DNA of 43,928 nucleotides from a virus: UHGV virus genome UHGV-0428293; one strand, 5' to 3'. Shown piece by piece: positions 1 to 6,994 of this stretch (position 1 is its first letter; each line of letters starts with the position of its first letter). The notes under the pieces were generated by a model. It saw only the letters and a program-made list of their open reading frames with translations, ran no database searches and was not told where the DNA came from. The position numbers and the translations under genes were made by a program.

Positions 1-120
1 GCTCCGCAGTACCCGGCTGTTGCTGCTCCGTAGTCCCCGGCTGTTGCTGCTCCGCTGTCCCCGGCTGTTGCTGCTCCGCAGTACCCGGCTGTTGCTGCTC
101 CGTAGTCCCCGGCTGTTGCT
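1..120 (-). repeat. Five tandem 24-bp units (GCTCCGNNGTNCCCGGCTGTTGCT); coding, minus strand, octapeptide repeat GAATAGD[YSC]
   Basis: Direct reading: units at 1-24, 25-48, 49-72, 73-96, 97-120 differ at 3 positions. The minus-strand frame has no stops. The same repeat ends the window at 43870..43928. Confidence 0.9.
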
Positions 121-461
121 GATTTAGATTCTATACAAGTTTTTTCAACCTTTTCTTTGGTATATTTAATTGCTGCATTTACAATTCCAGCAATATTCAG
201 TTGCGCACCAATGCGCATCTTTGTTGATGCAATTTTACTATCATCGTGTCTGCTTATGTCTCCACTCTGCTCTACCTCACAATACACAGATTTTGATGGT
301 GGATAATATTTAAAACAATCAAGTGGGTATTCGCATGCATGCATACCGCATTCACAAGCCACGGCTTTATCTTCCTCGTAATCCTTTCCCACTTCATATT
401 GTTTATTTTTGCAGGTCATATCCTTGTTAAAACCTTTATACGATTTTATTATTTCTTCCAT
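1..461 (-). CDS. N-terminal part of a repeat-containing protein (MEEIIKSYKGFNKDMTCKNKQYEVGKDYEE...CECGMHACEYPLDCFKYYPP... then the ATAGD[YS]GA repeat); runs off the window start
   Basis: Minus-strand ATG at 461..459 with GGAGG 4 nt upstream. The frame stays open through the 24-bp repeats to position 1. Frame and unit phase match the minus ORF ending at 43652. The N-domain resembles a conserved domain of unknown function in gut Firmicutes phages, recalled only vaguely. Confidence 0.6.
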   Translation of the reverse strand, partial: MEEIIKSYKGFNKDMTCKNKQYEVGKDYEEDKAVACECGMHACEYPLDCFKYYPPSKSVYCEVEQSGDISRHDDSKIASTKMRIGAQLNIAGIVNAAIKYTKEKVEKTCIESKSATAGDYGAATAGYCGAATAGDSGAATAGDYGAATAGYCG

Positions 462-477
462 GTTTCCTCCTTTAATC

Positions 478-506
478 TTGTCATTCCTACCCCTCTCCTT
501 TATAAT
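478..506 (+). promoter_or_regulatory. Sigma-A type promoter TTGTCA-17-TATAAT for the 553..759 gene
   Basis: -35 at 478-483, 17-nt spacer, -10 at 501-506. Downstream RBS AAAGGAGA precedes the ATG at 553. Confidence 0.55.
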
Positions 507-552
507 TTAAGTACAGGCGTTGCCGCGCCGAGTACATAAGAAAGGAGATAAT

Positions 553-759
553 ATGTCTGAAAATGCAATGTTGCTTCTTCGTAAAATGGCCAATGAATTT
601 GATAAAACGAAGCGTAAATCTTTTGATTCTGACTTTTATATTGCTTTCTCTGATAGAATTATTAATGAATTAGAATCATATGGATATATCATTTGCCGAA
701 ATGATGTTATAGCTTCAATAGAATTAACATCTGCCGGATACGAAAAGGCAACCAATTAA
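553..759 (+). CDS. Hypothetical small protein (68 aa)
   Basis: ATG at 553 after AAAGGAGATAAT. The only plus-strand ORF in this neighbourhood. No recognisable motifs. Confidence 0.55.
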   Translation: MSENAMLLLRKMANEFDKTKRKSFDSDFYIAFSDRIINELESYGYIICRNDVIASIELTSAGYEKATN

Positions 760-1001
760 TTCCTAAGAGCCGTCTTGTCGGGCGGCTCTACTCCAATCAG
801 AGTATTTGTTACCATATCAACCTTCCCATCTTCCAAAAATTCAAAATCATTCAAGTTAAAAGAAATGGCAATTTCTGGATTCCTACCTGCTTCATGAACA
901 TAAGAAACGGATGAAATACCTTTCCCTATAGATTTTCCACATAATTCAAAATAGGTATGTTTTCCATCGCTCACCAACCTAAACTTTGGTCCATTCATCA
1001 T
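756..1001 (-). CDS. Hypothetical protein (81 aa)
   Basis: AGGAGGTGAAAG precedes the ATGATG start. Its stop overlaps the stop of the convergent 553..759 gene by 4 nt. Confidence 0.55.
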   Translation of the reverse strand: MMNGPKFRLVSDGKHTYFELCGKSIGKGISSVSYVHEAGRNPEIAISFNLNDFEFLEDGKVDMVTNTLIGVEPPDKTALRN

Positions 1002-1013
1002 CTTTCACCTCCT

Positions 1014-1157
1014 TTAAGAAATACGATTGTTAGAGCGCCTGGAATCATCAAGAAATTTAACAGCCTTTACAATCTGCGCTTTGTTGCATGTAATCGCAAC
1101 CTTAAACAAGTTAAGAAGCCCAGGATTACTTTTTAATACTTTACTGATTTCTTCCAT
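1014..1157 (-). CDS. Possible 47-aa ORF (MEEISKVLKSNPGLL...), translationally coupled to the 81-aa gene
   Basis: Not in the ORF track because it is under 60 aa. ATG at 1157 with GGAGGG only 3 nt upstream, which is short spacing. Its stop, TAA AGGAGGTGAAAG, feeds the next start. Overlaps the antirepressor 3' end. Confidence 0.25.
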   Translation of the reverse strand: MEEISKVLKSNPGLLNLFKVAITCNKAQIVKAVKFLDDSRRSNNRIS

Positions 1158-1893
1158 TTTCCCTCCTTAAAAACTTGTTGATAAAATACTGCTGACCTTT
1201 TCCAGTAACTTTGGTAGTCTTGTTTATTCTTACGGAACCATCAGGATTATTCACTGTACTTTCCTTTACCTCAAACAATCCTGCCTCCATACTTCGTTGT
1301 GTTGGCATATTCCATTCAGAACCATTCCGTTTAATCAGATAGCCATTATCCCTCAACCAAGAAAATAGTCTTTTCTGTCCGATGTCTACGCCGTTTTGTT
1401 TAATCAGCTTCGCCAAGTCACCAATAAGAATTGATGTATGGCTAGTTGCCACAGCATCGGCAAATATCTCTTTCGGCTTCATGCGCTGTACATCTTCTAT
1501 AAGAATGGTGTTTTCGCCTTTCAGTTTGTCGATGGTCTGCCCTGCAACTTTTAAGGCTCTTGCCATGACTTGCTCTGGCGTATTCCATGCCTTTTCCAAG
1601 TCGATAAGGTACTGGCGACATTGCTTGCCTTTTTCTGTTCGGCTCATAAGGCAGATATGCTTTGCTGTGTCAACAGAAACAATATAGTCTTGAAGCTCTC
1701 TAATCTGCACACCGCCGTTGTTTTGAACCTCCGTAGGCGTAAGTACGCTGGTCATTTCATCACTTCCAAAGTAATTCAAAAGCCTATCAGCCCATACACT
1801 AAATCTTTCTTTGATTTCAAGTGTTCGATGTAGCTCTCTTGCCGATACGGTCGGCTGTTCAGCATCGTAATTGATTTTTATAATCTCTTCCAT
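1141..1893 (-). CDS. Phage antirepressor (AntA/pRha-type N-domain plus KilA-C domain)
   Basis: ELHRTLEIKERFSVWADRLL is a Rha/AntA-like N-terminus. The C-terminal half is KilAC-like. Start placed at ATG 1893 after AGGAGG. The longer ORF from 1926 would overlap the cro-like gene. Confidence 0.8.
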   Translation of the reverse strand: MEEIIKINYDAEQPTVSARELHRTLEIKERFSVWADRLLNYFGSDEMTSVLTPTEVQNNGGVQIRELQDYIVSVDTAKHICLMSRTEKGKQCRQYLIDLEKAWNTPEQVMARALKVAGQTIDKLKGENTILIEDVQRMKPKEIFADAVATSHTSILIGDLAKLIKQNGVDIGQKRLFSWLRDNGYLIKRNGSEWNMPTQRSMEAGLFEVKESTVNNPDGSVRINKTTKVTGKGQQYFINKFLRRENGRNQ

Positions 1894-1906
1894 TAAACCT
1901 CCTACT

Positions 1907-2089
1907 CTAAGAAATAAGCTTGTCAATTTTAACTTTTAAATAATCTGCAACTTTCTTTACCTTACTCACTCCTGGGTCCGTATCGTTCCACTTACAAATA
2001 CTTCCTCTGGAAAAACCTAATTCACTTTCCATTCTAGTTATAGAAATCTTCCTTTTATCACAGATTTCCTTGACGTTGTTATAAATCAA
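1907..2089 (-). CDS. Cro-like XRE-family HTH regulator (60 aa), TTG start
   Basis: ISITRMESELGFSRGSICKWN is a classic XRE helix-turn-helix. GGAGG lies 10 nt upstream of the TTG at 2089. It is the first gene of the leftward early operon. Confidence 0.7.
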   Translation of the reverse strand: MIYNNVKEICDKRKISITRMESELGFSRGSICKWNDTDPGVSKVKKVADYLKVKIDKLIS

Positions 2090-2123
2090 ATAAATCCATC
2101 CTCCTTTCTGCTGAAAATATTAC

Positions 2124-2152
2124 GCATTATGTATTGACATTATGTTGAAAAT
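2124..2152 (+). promoter_or_regulatory. Consensus sigma-A promoter TTGACA-17-TATAAT, rightward, for the cI-like/ImmA-like/membrane-protein/int operon
   Basis: Read directly: TTGACA at 2124-2129, 17-nt spacer, TATAAT at 2147-2152. It lies only about 35 bp from the cro-like start, so its transcript crosses the leftward promoter. Confidence 0.6.
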
Positions 2153-2190
2153 ATTCTATAATTTGAATTACCACAAACAAACTAAATACT

Positions 2191-2293
2191 ATTTTCAACG
2201 GCATATTGATTTTGCGTATTTTTTTCAACGTCATAATTATATTATACGTTATATTTTCAATATGTCAATAGTATTTGCGTATTTTTTTCAACT
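2191..2293. repeat. Operator-like direct repeats: two ~40-bp imperfect copies (ATTTTCAA-N13-TTGCGTATTTTTTTCAAC), giving four TTTTCAAC-type half-sites at roughly 31-bp spacing
   Basis: 2191..2230 and 2253..2293 align with 27 of 40 identities. They overlap the -35 and spacer of the leftward promoter and lie in the 5' UTR of the rightward transcript. Confidence 0.6.
2241..2268 (-). promoter_or_regulatory. Consensus sigma-A promoter TTGACA-16-TATAAT, leftward, for the cro-like/antirepressor early operon
   Basis: On the minus strand, -35 TTGACA is plus 2268..2263 and -10 TATAAT is plus 2246..2241. It is face-to-face with the plus promoter, with about 110 nt of transcript overlap. Confidence 0.55.
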
Positions 2294-2316
2294 TTTATTA
2301 GAAAGGACGAATATAC

Positions 2317-2688
2317 GTGATTACTTATCAAGATATCAAAAGATTATGTAAGGAAAAGGGAGTAACTATCACTGGAGCCGAAAAGGCTTTAGGGTTTGCT
2401 AAGGGGTCTTTATGCAAAATAGAAACAAGTAAACCCAGTATGGAAAGAGTCAAAAAGATATCAGATTACTTTAATATTCCAATAACTGATTTTTATGATA
2501 AGGAGGTAAAAGAACGAAATAAATATTACATCAATGAGGAAACTGCCGCTATTGCCCAGGATATCTTTGAAAATAAGGAGTTGAGATTATTATTTGACGC
2601 TGCTAAAGATGCAGAGCCGGAAGATTTAGAAACTGTTCATAGTATGCTTTTAGCTTTGAAAAGAAAGGAACGAGGCAATGTCGATTGA
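2317..2688 (+). CDS. cI-like XRE-family repressor (123 aa), GTG start
   Basis: N-terminal HTH (ITGAEKALGFAKGSLCKIE) with a C-terminal extension. Divergent from the cro-like gene and upstream of the integrase, as in Firmicutes siphovirus lysogeny modules. Confidence 0.7.
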   Translation: MITYQDIKRLCKEKGVTITGAEKALGFAKGSLCKIETSKPSMERVKKISDYFNIPITDFYDKEVKERNKYYINEETAAIAQDIFENKELRLLFDAAKDAEPEDLETVHSMLLALKRKERGNVD

Positions 2689-2902
2689 CTACAACGTCCA
2701 ATTGATTAGCTTTCCATCTGGAAAAATACATGAGGCCGTAACGCCTAATGAGGATGGAACCGTTACTATATTTTTAGATAAAAATGCAACCACGGAATCA
2801 CAGAGACAACGATTCTGGCATGTAATAAGGCACTTAGAGGGAAATGATTTTCAAAAAGATGATGTGCAGGAAATTGAGTCTGATGCTCATTCTGGAGGAT
2901 GA
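2678..2902 (+). CDS. Small ImmA/IrrE-like protein with a degenerate metalloprotease motif (74 aa)
   Basis: TIFLDKNATTESQRQRFWHVIRHLE resembles the ImmA region around HEXXH, but the motif here is HVIRH with no Glu. It occupies the usual ImmA position beside the XRE repressor. Recognised from memory only. Confidence 0.4.
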   Translation: MSIDYNVQLISFPSGKIHEAVTPNEDGTVTIFLDKNATTESQRQRFWHVIRHLEGNDFQKDDVQEIESDAHSGG

Positions 2903-2904
2903 TT

Positions 2905-3501
2905 ATGAGTATTAAAGGAACTACTAAGGAATTATTTATTGGAAAAGAAGAAATAAATATTTTTAACTTTTTTGGTTCTAAAACAACACTGCAATATTCT
3001 AATATGAAAAAAATTGAATATTGCTTTGCAACCAAAATCAAATGTGGTTATATGAATTTTATAAGCCGTACTAATGAAAAAACCACGTTTGAGTTTGCAT
3101 ATAAAGCTAATGAACCTATTTTACGAGCTGTAGACTATATATCCGAAAATTGCCCTGATTTGCCTATGGTTGAAACAGAACAGCAAGAACAGGCTTTTGC
3201 TCAAACTCCTAAAGAAAATAAATCAGGTTTAAAATGTCCTAAATGTAAAAGCCATAATGTGGACTTATGGTCTAACGAAGCCAACTATCATATAAAACAA
3301 AAAACATCTGTAAATTTGAATCCTTTGCATCCTCTAACAGTATTTAATACAAAAGAGGAGAAAAAAGAGAAAAAATCTGCTGCAAAAATTGGACTTGGTA
3401 TAGCTACCGCTGGAACCTCTTTGATTTTTACCGGGACAAAAAAGAAAGCGCATAATGAATACTATTGTCGTGATTGCGGAAACAGATGGATTGGAAAATA
3501 G
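2905..3501 (+). CDS. Membrane-associated protein, paralog 1: PH/GRAM-like N-domain plus a split zinc ribbon (CPKC...CRDC) around a hydrophobic segment
   Basis: RBS GGAGG sits 6 nt before the second ATG (MSIKGTTKELFIGKEE). The N-terminal ~90 aa align with the next gene. Sits between repressor and int, where Sie/Abi morons are found. Confidence 0.6.
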   Translation: MSIKGTTKELFIGKEEINIFNFFGSKTTLQYSNMKKIEYCFATKIKCGYMNFISRTNEKTTFEFAYKANEPILRAVDYISENCPDLPMVETEQQEQAFAQTPKENKSGLKCPKCKSHNVDLWSNEANYHIKQKTSVNLNPLHPLTVFNTKEEKKEKKSAAKIGLGIATAGTSLIFTGTKKKAHNEYYCRDCGNRWIGK

Positions 3502-3531
3502 AATAGTGATAACGTTTTAAGGAGCAAAAAC

Positions 3532-4059
3532 ATGAGCATTAAAGGAGATTGGGCCAAACTTTACATCGGAAAAGATGAAGCTAATATCATAGATATCTTT
3601 GGAAATAAGTCAAAGATAAAGTATGAGGATATTGAAAAGATAGAATATGAATTTCGTTCTACCACAGAAGGGGGATACATAGATTTTTATTTTCAATACG
3701 GAAAAACCAAGCGCTTTACATTCTCAAAAAAAAGTAACGAGCCAATACAAAGAGCAATTGATTATATTCAAGAAAAATATCCTGATTTAGATATCATAGA
3801 ACATGATTCCAACCAAGACCCATTCTATAAAAAAAATATTTTTATAGGGTTACTCACATTTTTTTGTTTTGCTCCCTTTGGACTTGCATTGTTATGGTGT
3901 TATAAAAAGCGTTCTTTGGCTGATAGAATAATTTTTACAATTATGGTGATAGCCATTTATGCTTTAATCATTTACTGGAGATACATGGCATATAAAAATG
4001 CAGTTGCAGAAATGAACAATGCATTAGACCAAGTACAACAGATGTTTCATGGTATATAA
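3532..4059 (+). CDS. Membrane protein, paralog 2: same N-domain plus two C-terminal TM helices
   Basis: MSIKGDWAKLYIGKDEANIIDIFGNKSKIKYEDIEKIEYEF is paralogous to 2905..3501. TM helices are IFIGLLTFFCFAPFGLALLWCY and IIFTIMVIAIYALIIYW. Confidence 0.6.
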   Translation: MSIKGDWAKLYIGKDEANIIDIFGNKSKIKYEDIEKIEYEFRSTTEGGYIDFYFQYGKTKRFTFSKKSNEPIQRAIDYIQEKYPDLDIIEHDSNQDPFYKKNIFIGLLTFFCFAPFGLALLWCYKKRSLADRIIFTIMVIAIYALIIYWRYMAYKNAVAEMNNALDQVQQMFHGI

Positions 4060-4064
4060 AAAAA

Positions 4065-4090
4065 CCGGCCCCTGCGCCAACAGGAACCGG
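4065..4090 (-). terminator. Rho-independent terminator acting on minus-strand transcripts
   Basis: CCGGCCCCTG-CGCCAA-CAGGAACCGG hairpin preceded on plus by AAAAAAA, which is a U-tract after the stem on the minus strand. It would stop antisense read-through from the attP/int direction into the immunity genes. Confidence 0.4.
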
Positions 4091-4223
4091 CCTACATACC
4101 CGAAGATATGCACTATAATTCGCACCTATATTGTACCATCTTCGGGGCGGCTTTGCAAGATATTTGCGGAGCTGTATTTTTTATACCTATTTTTAGGAAA
4201 ATTAATTGAAGGAGGAAAGGAAA

Positions 4224-5297
4224 ATGACAAAGAAAGCCCCGAAAAAGAAAAAAGGAGAATTGCCGTCTGGAAATGTCCGAGTGCAAATATATTTGTATAC
4301 AGATGATAAAGGCAAGCGGCATTACAAAAGCTTTGTTGCCGCATCACGTAAAGAAGCAAAGGAAATGGCTACCCGATGGAAATTAGATATGAAAGATAAG
4401 CCCATAAAGCAATACAATGAACCGGATGAGGACGAGGACGAAGATATAACAGTGAGTCAGGCTATCGAACGTTATTTGAGCGTCAAGAAAGGCGTTTTAA
4501 GCCCTTCCACGCTTAGAGGGTACATTGGCATGCAAAGACAGTATTTCGGCGGAGCATTTGGGCGTAAACGGCTCTCAGAACTAACGAATCCATCTGTACA
4601 GATATGGATAAGTGATTTGGCTTCTAAACAACTCTCTCCAAAGACAGTCCGTAATGCCTATGGCCTGTTATCTGCATCACTGGAGATGTTTGCACCGGAT
4701 TTAATTCTAAAAGTTAAACTGCCTCAGAAAAAACGTCCTGACTTATATTGCCCCAATGACAATGATATTAAAAAGCTGCTGGAGGCAATCAAAGGTACTG
4801 ATTTAGAAATAGCTGTTTTACTAGCAGCCTTTGGACCACTCAGGCGCGGAGAGATAAGCGCCCTTACTGATAAAAATGTAGAGGGTCGTATTATCCATGT
4901 AAGAGACAATATGGTCAAGGGGCCAGATAATCAGTGGTACATCAAACAGCCTAAAACGGATGATAGTACACGGGACGTAGAAATGCCAGCATTTGTAATT
5001 AACCGGATATCTGGAAAAAAAGGAAAGTTGGTTGACATGAACCCGGATTACATCACACACCGATTCGGACGAGTACTCAAAAAGATTGATATACCCCACT
5101 TCAGATTCCATGACCTGCGGCATTATGCTGCATCCATTATGCACGCCATAGGCATACCGGACCAATATATTTTACAACGGGGGGGATGGGCCAGCGACAA
5201 TATCATGAAAGCAGTATATAGAAATGTAATTGACCTGGAAAGCGTCCGGCAGAACAAAAAAATTAATAAGCACTTTGAAAAATTAAACAGCATGTAA
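4224..5297 (+). CDS. int: Tyrosine-type site-specific integrase
   Basis: C-terminal catalytic signature ...RFHDLRHYAASIMHAIGIPDQYILQRGGWAS...AVYRN (R, H-x-x-R, Y). GGAGG precedes the ATG at 4224. The tabulated TTG start at 4206 is less likely. Confidence 0.9.
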   Translation: MTKKAPKKKKGELPSGNVRVQIYLYTDDKGKRHYKSFVAASRKEAKEMATRWKLDMKDKPIKQYNEPDEDEDEDITVSQAIERYLSVKKGVLSPSTLRGYIGMQRQYFGGAFGRKRLSELTNPSVQIWISDLASKQLSPKTVRNAYGLLSASLEMFAPDLILKVKLPQKKRPDLYCPNDNDIKKLLEAIKGTDLEIAVLLAAFGPLRRGEISALTDKNVEGRIIHVRDNMVKGPDNQWYIKQPKTDDSTRDVEMPAFVINRISGKKGKLVDMNPDYITHRFGRVLKKIDIPHFRFHDLRHYAASIMHAIGIPDQYILQRGGWASDNIMKAVYRNVIDLESVRQNKKINKHFEKLNSM

Positions 5298-5314
5298 TAA
5301 AATAACATATTTTC

Positions 5315-5334
5315 CGTGTTGCATCGTGTTGCAT
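5315..5334. repeat. attP arm-type site: tandem CGTGTTGCAT x2
   Basis: The same decamer pair recurs at 5509..5530 on the other side of the tRNA-like core. CATATTTTCC also occurs at 5306, 5351 and, as CATATTTCC, at 5527. Confidence 0.5.
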
Positions 5335-5402
5335 ATATAATAAAAAATAGCATATTTTCCACCGTGGTAGGCATAGGAAGTGCTGTTTTAAAACATGAAA
5401 AA

Positions 5403-5445
5403 ACCTTGTAAATACGTTGTTTTTCCCGTATCTACAAGGTTTTAA
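5403..5445 (+). terminator. Rho-independent terminator downstream of int
   Basis: 13-bp stem CCTTGTAAATACG/CGTATCTACAAGG with 1 mismatch, 10-nt loop, followed by TTTTAAT. Confidence 0.55.
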
Positions 5446-5449
5446 TAAA

Positions 5450-5509
5450 ATGGAGCATACGGGATTCGAACCCGCAAAATACAACGGTTTTATGCGGTTT
5501 GTAGGCTCC
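5450..5509 (-). other. attP core: 60-nt tRNA 3'-portion look-alike (T-arm GCGGGTTCGAATCCCGT plus acceptor 3' strand ATGCTCC-A) on the minus strand
   Basis: There is a canonical T-loop TTCGAAT and acceptor 3' strand, but no D-arm or anticodon arm can be folded. This is typical of the host-tRNA identity block in phage attP. It lies between int and the endolysin. Confidence 0.55.
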
Positions 5510-5530
5510 GTGTTGCATTTCGTGTTGCAT
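5509..5530. repeat. attP arm-type site: CGTGTTGCAT-TT-CGTGTTGCAT
   Basis: Direct repeat of the 5315..5334 pair, flanking the core on the other side. Confidence 0.5.
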
Positions 5531-5583
5531 ATTTCCGAAGATGGTATAATATATAGAAGCGTCAGAGTTAAGTTCTGGCGCTA

Positions 5584-6324
5584 TTATATTGAATCAGAAT
5601 CCTCTATGTACCAGATTCCCTGCGCCCCATTGTCCTGGCTATGCCAGCAGGCCCCTTCCAACGGTCCGTTTGGTGTAGGGTCAAAGTAATACCAATCACC
5701 CGAACCGTCAACCGGGTCACATGTGCTGCCATTCCAGCGGTGCCAGCTCGTGCAAACATAACCATCCTTATTAAACAGATACCAATGGTGATTTATGACA
5801 CACCACTTATTAGCCGGGTAAGTTCCATCCGGTCTGCGGTACCACCAGCCGTTATTATCCTTAATCCAGCCAGTGCGTTCCTCTGTCACCCAGGTTTTCA
5901 TAAATTCATCCGGGTTACGATACAATTTCTTGATACCACTGGTGGAGCTACCCCAATCAGGAAGTTGAAAATGTGGCTTGTCCACAGGAGACTTCCAGTT
6001 TCCTCCCCATTCAAGGCCGATAGATACGCCAATAGCACCCACACGGTTAAAGAAGCCGCCTATTTCGTTATAGGCTCCAGCGCCATCATTGCGGAATATA
6101 TCAAAAGCTGTTCCCCACTGATGATAGGAGCTGTAGCTGCTGCCAGGAGCATTAGTTACAATGTTACCCGGTTTAGTCCTACCCTGAGCGTATAAAGCAT
6201 CCTGTTCTGCCACGGTCCGCAGTGTCTCACCTATTTTAATTTTTAATCCCTGTTTATTGCATTCGTCCACCAATTGACCTGCTAAAAGCTGTAAGCGTGG
6301 ATGGCACAATGTGATATCTCTCAT
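5584..6324 (-). CDS. Endolysin: M15-family zinc peptidase domain plus C-terminal choline-binding/cell-wall-binding repeats
   Basis: N-terminus is VanY/M15-like (GETLRTVAEQDALYAQGRT...SYHQWGTAFDI). C-terminus has repeated GWxKDNNGWWY / WYLFNKDGY units. GGAGG lies 6 nt before the ATG (MRDITL), so the start is trimmed from the tabulated 6369. Confidence 0.85.
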   Translation of the reverse strand: MRDITLCHPRLQLLAGQLVDECNKQGLKIKIGETLRTVAEQDALYAQGRTKPGNIVTNAPGSSYSSYHQWGTAFDIFRNDGAGAYNEIGGFFNRVGAIGVSIGLEWGGNWKSPVDKPHFQLPDWGSSTSGIKKLYRNPDEFMKTWVTEERTGWIKDNNGWWYRRPDGTYPANKWCVINHHWYLFNKDGYVCTSWHRWNGSTCDPVDGSGDWYYFDPTPNGPLEGACWHSQDNGAQGIWYIEDSDSI

Positions 6325-6453
6325 AATCATCCTCCAATTATGCTGTTTTTCTGCTGCTCTGTAATCCATCCAATTGACACGGCCCGGTTGAGTTCGGAAA
6401 CCGTTAATGGCCCTTTACCATTGTTATATAGCCTTTTTAATGTTGTATACATT

Positions 6454-6867
6454 TTACACCTCCAACTGACTTAAAATCATTGCATCCACGGTATCTTGCA
6501 AGGTCTGCACTGTATCCCGTATATCCGGCCTACGAAGTTTAGCAACCATAATGGTATCCTTCACTTCATTGGTTTCATAATTTGGCTCTTCCTCGGTGCC
6601 GGCATTTACTGTCTCAGATGAAATGATATAATCCATTTTCTTGCGCATCTCAACCAGCTGAGTAAATCCGGTTTTTACTTCCATCGGCTGACCGTCCAAA
6701 CCAAGTATGTAAATTTTTTCTGTATTTGTCGGATTAAATTCGGATTCTACCGTTTCAAAACTGTCTAGGCCGGGAAGAAACGACAGGGTTAGGTAATCGC
6801 CTGATTCTTCCACCCCGTTTGTTATTAAGTCGTATTTTGTGTTGTTTGATAGTTTTAATTGGTTCAT
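6454..6867 (-). CDS. Hypothetical acidic protein (137 aa) between the fiber genes and the endolysin; not a holin
   Basis: AAAGGAG RBS. No TM segments. Confidence 0.55.
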   Translation of the reverse strand: MNQLKLSNNTKYDLITNGVEESGDYLTLSFLPGLDSFETVESEFNPTNTEKIYILGLDGQPMEVKTGFTQLVEMRKKMDYIISSETVNAGTEEEPNYETNEVKDTIMVAKLRRPDIRDTVQTLQDTVDAMILSQLEV

Positions 6868-6994
6868 TTTACTCCTTTCATGGGTATGTTTTTATATTAC
6901 AAATAGCAATTTAAAAAATAAATTTCCGTCTACATATACAAGCACTGGACTCACACCACAGAATTGTACATTAACTGGTGGGGGTTTTGCCCGA

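Noticed and set aside
1-120. Could the 24-bp tandem repeats at both window ends be a CRISPR array?
   Set aside because: The units are contiguous with no spacers. They differ only by point changes, and they sit inside an open reading frame encoding an octapeptide repeat. No cas genes are present.
764-789. Hairpin AGAGCCG-N10-CGGCTCT read as a bidirectional terminator between the convergent 553..759 and 756..1001 genes
   Set aside because: There is no U-tract on either strand and the hairpin lies inside the 756..1001 coding sequence. It was not called as a feature.
2142-2351. 69-aa plus ORF in the cro/cI intergenic region
   Set aside because: It lies across the two promoters and the operator repeats. 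The translation is AT-rich junk (FYNLNYHKQTKYYFQRH...) with no RBS.
4049-4359. ORFs 4049..4306 (+), 4113..4322 (-) and 4126..4359 (-) upstream of and overlapping the int start
   Set aside because: They overlap the terminator and hairpin region and the integrase 5' end. There is no RBS, and the strand is implausible given the surrounding operon.
5417-5689. 90-aa plus ORF spanning attP into the endolysin 3' end
   Set aside because: It crosses the tRNA-like core and arm repeats and overlaps the endolysin. No RBS.
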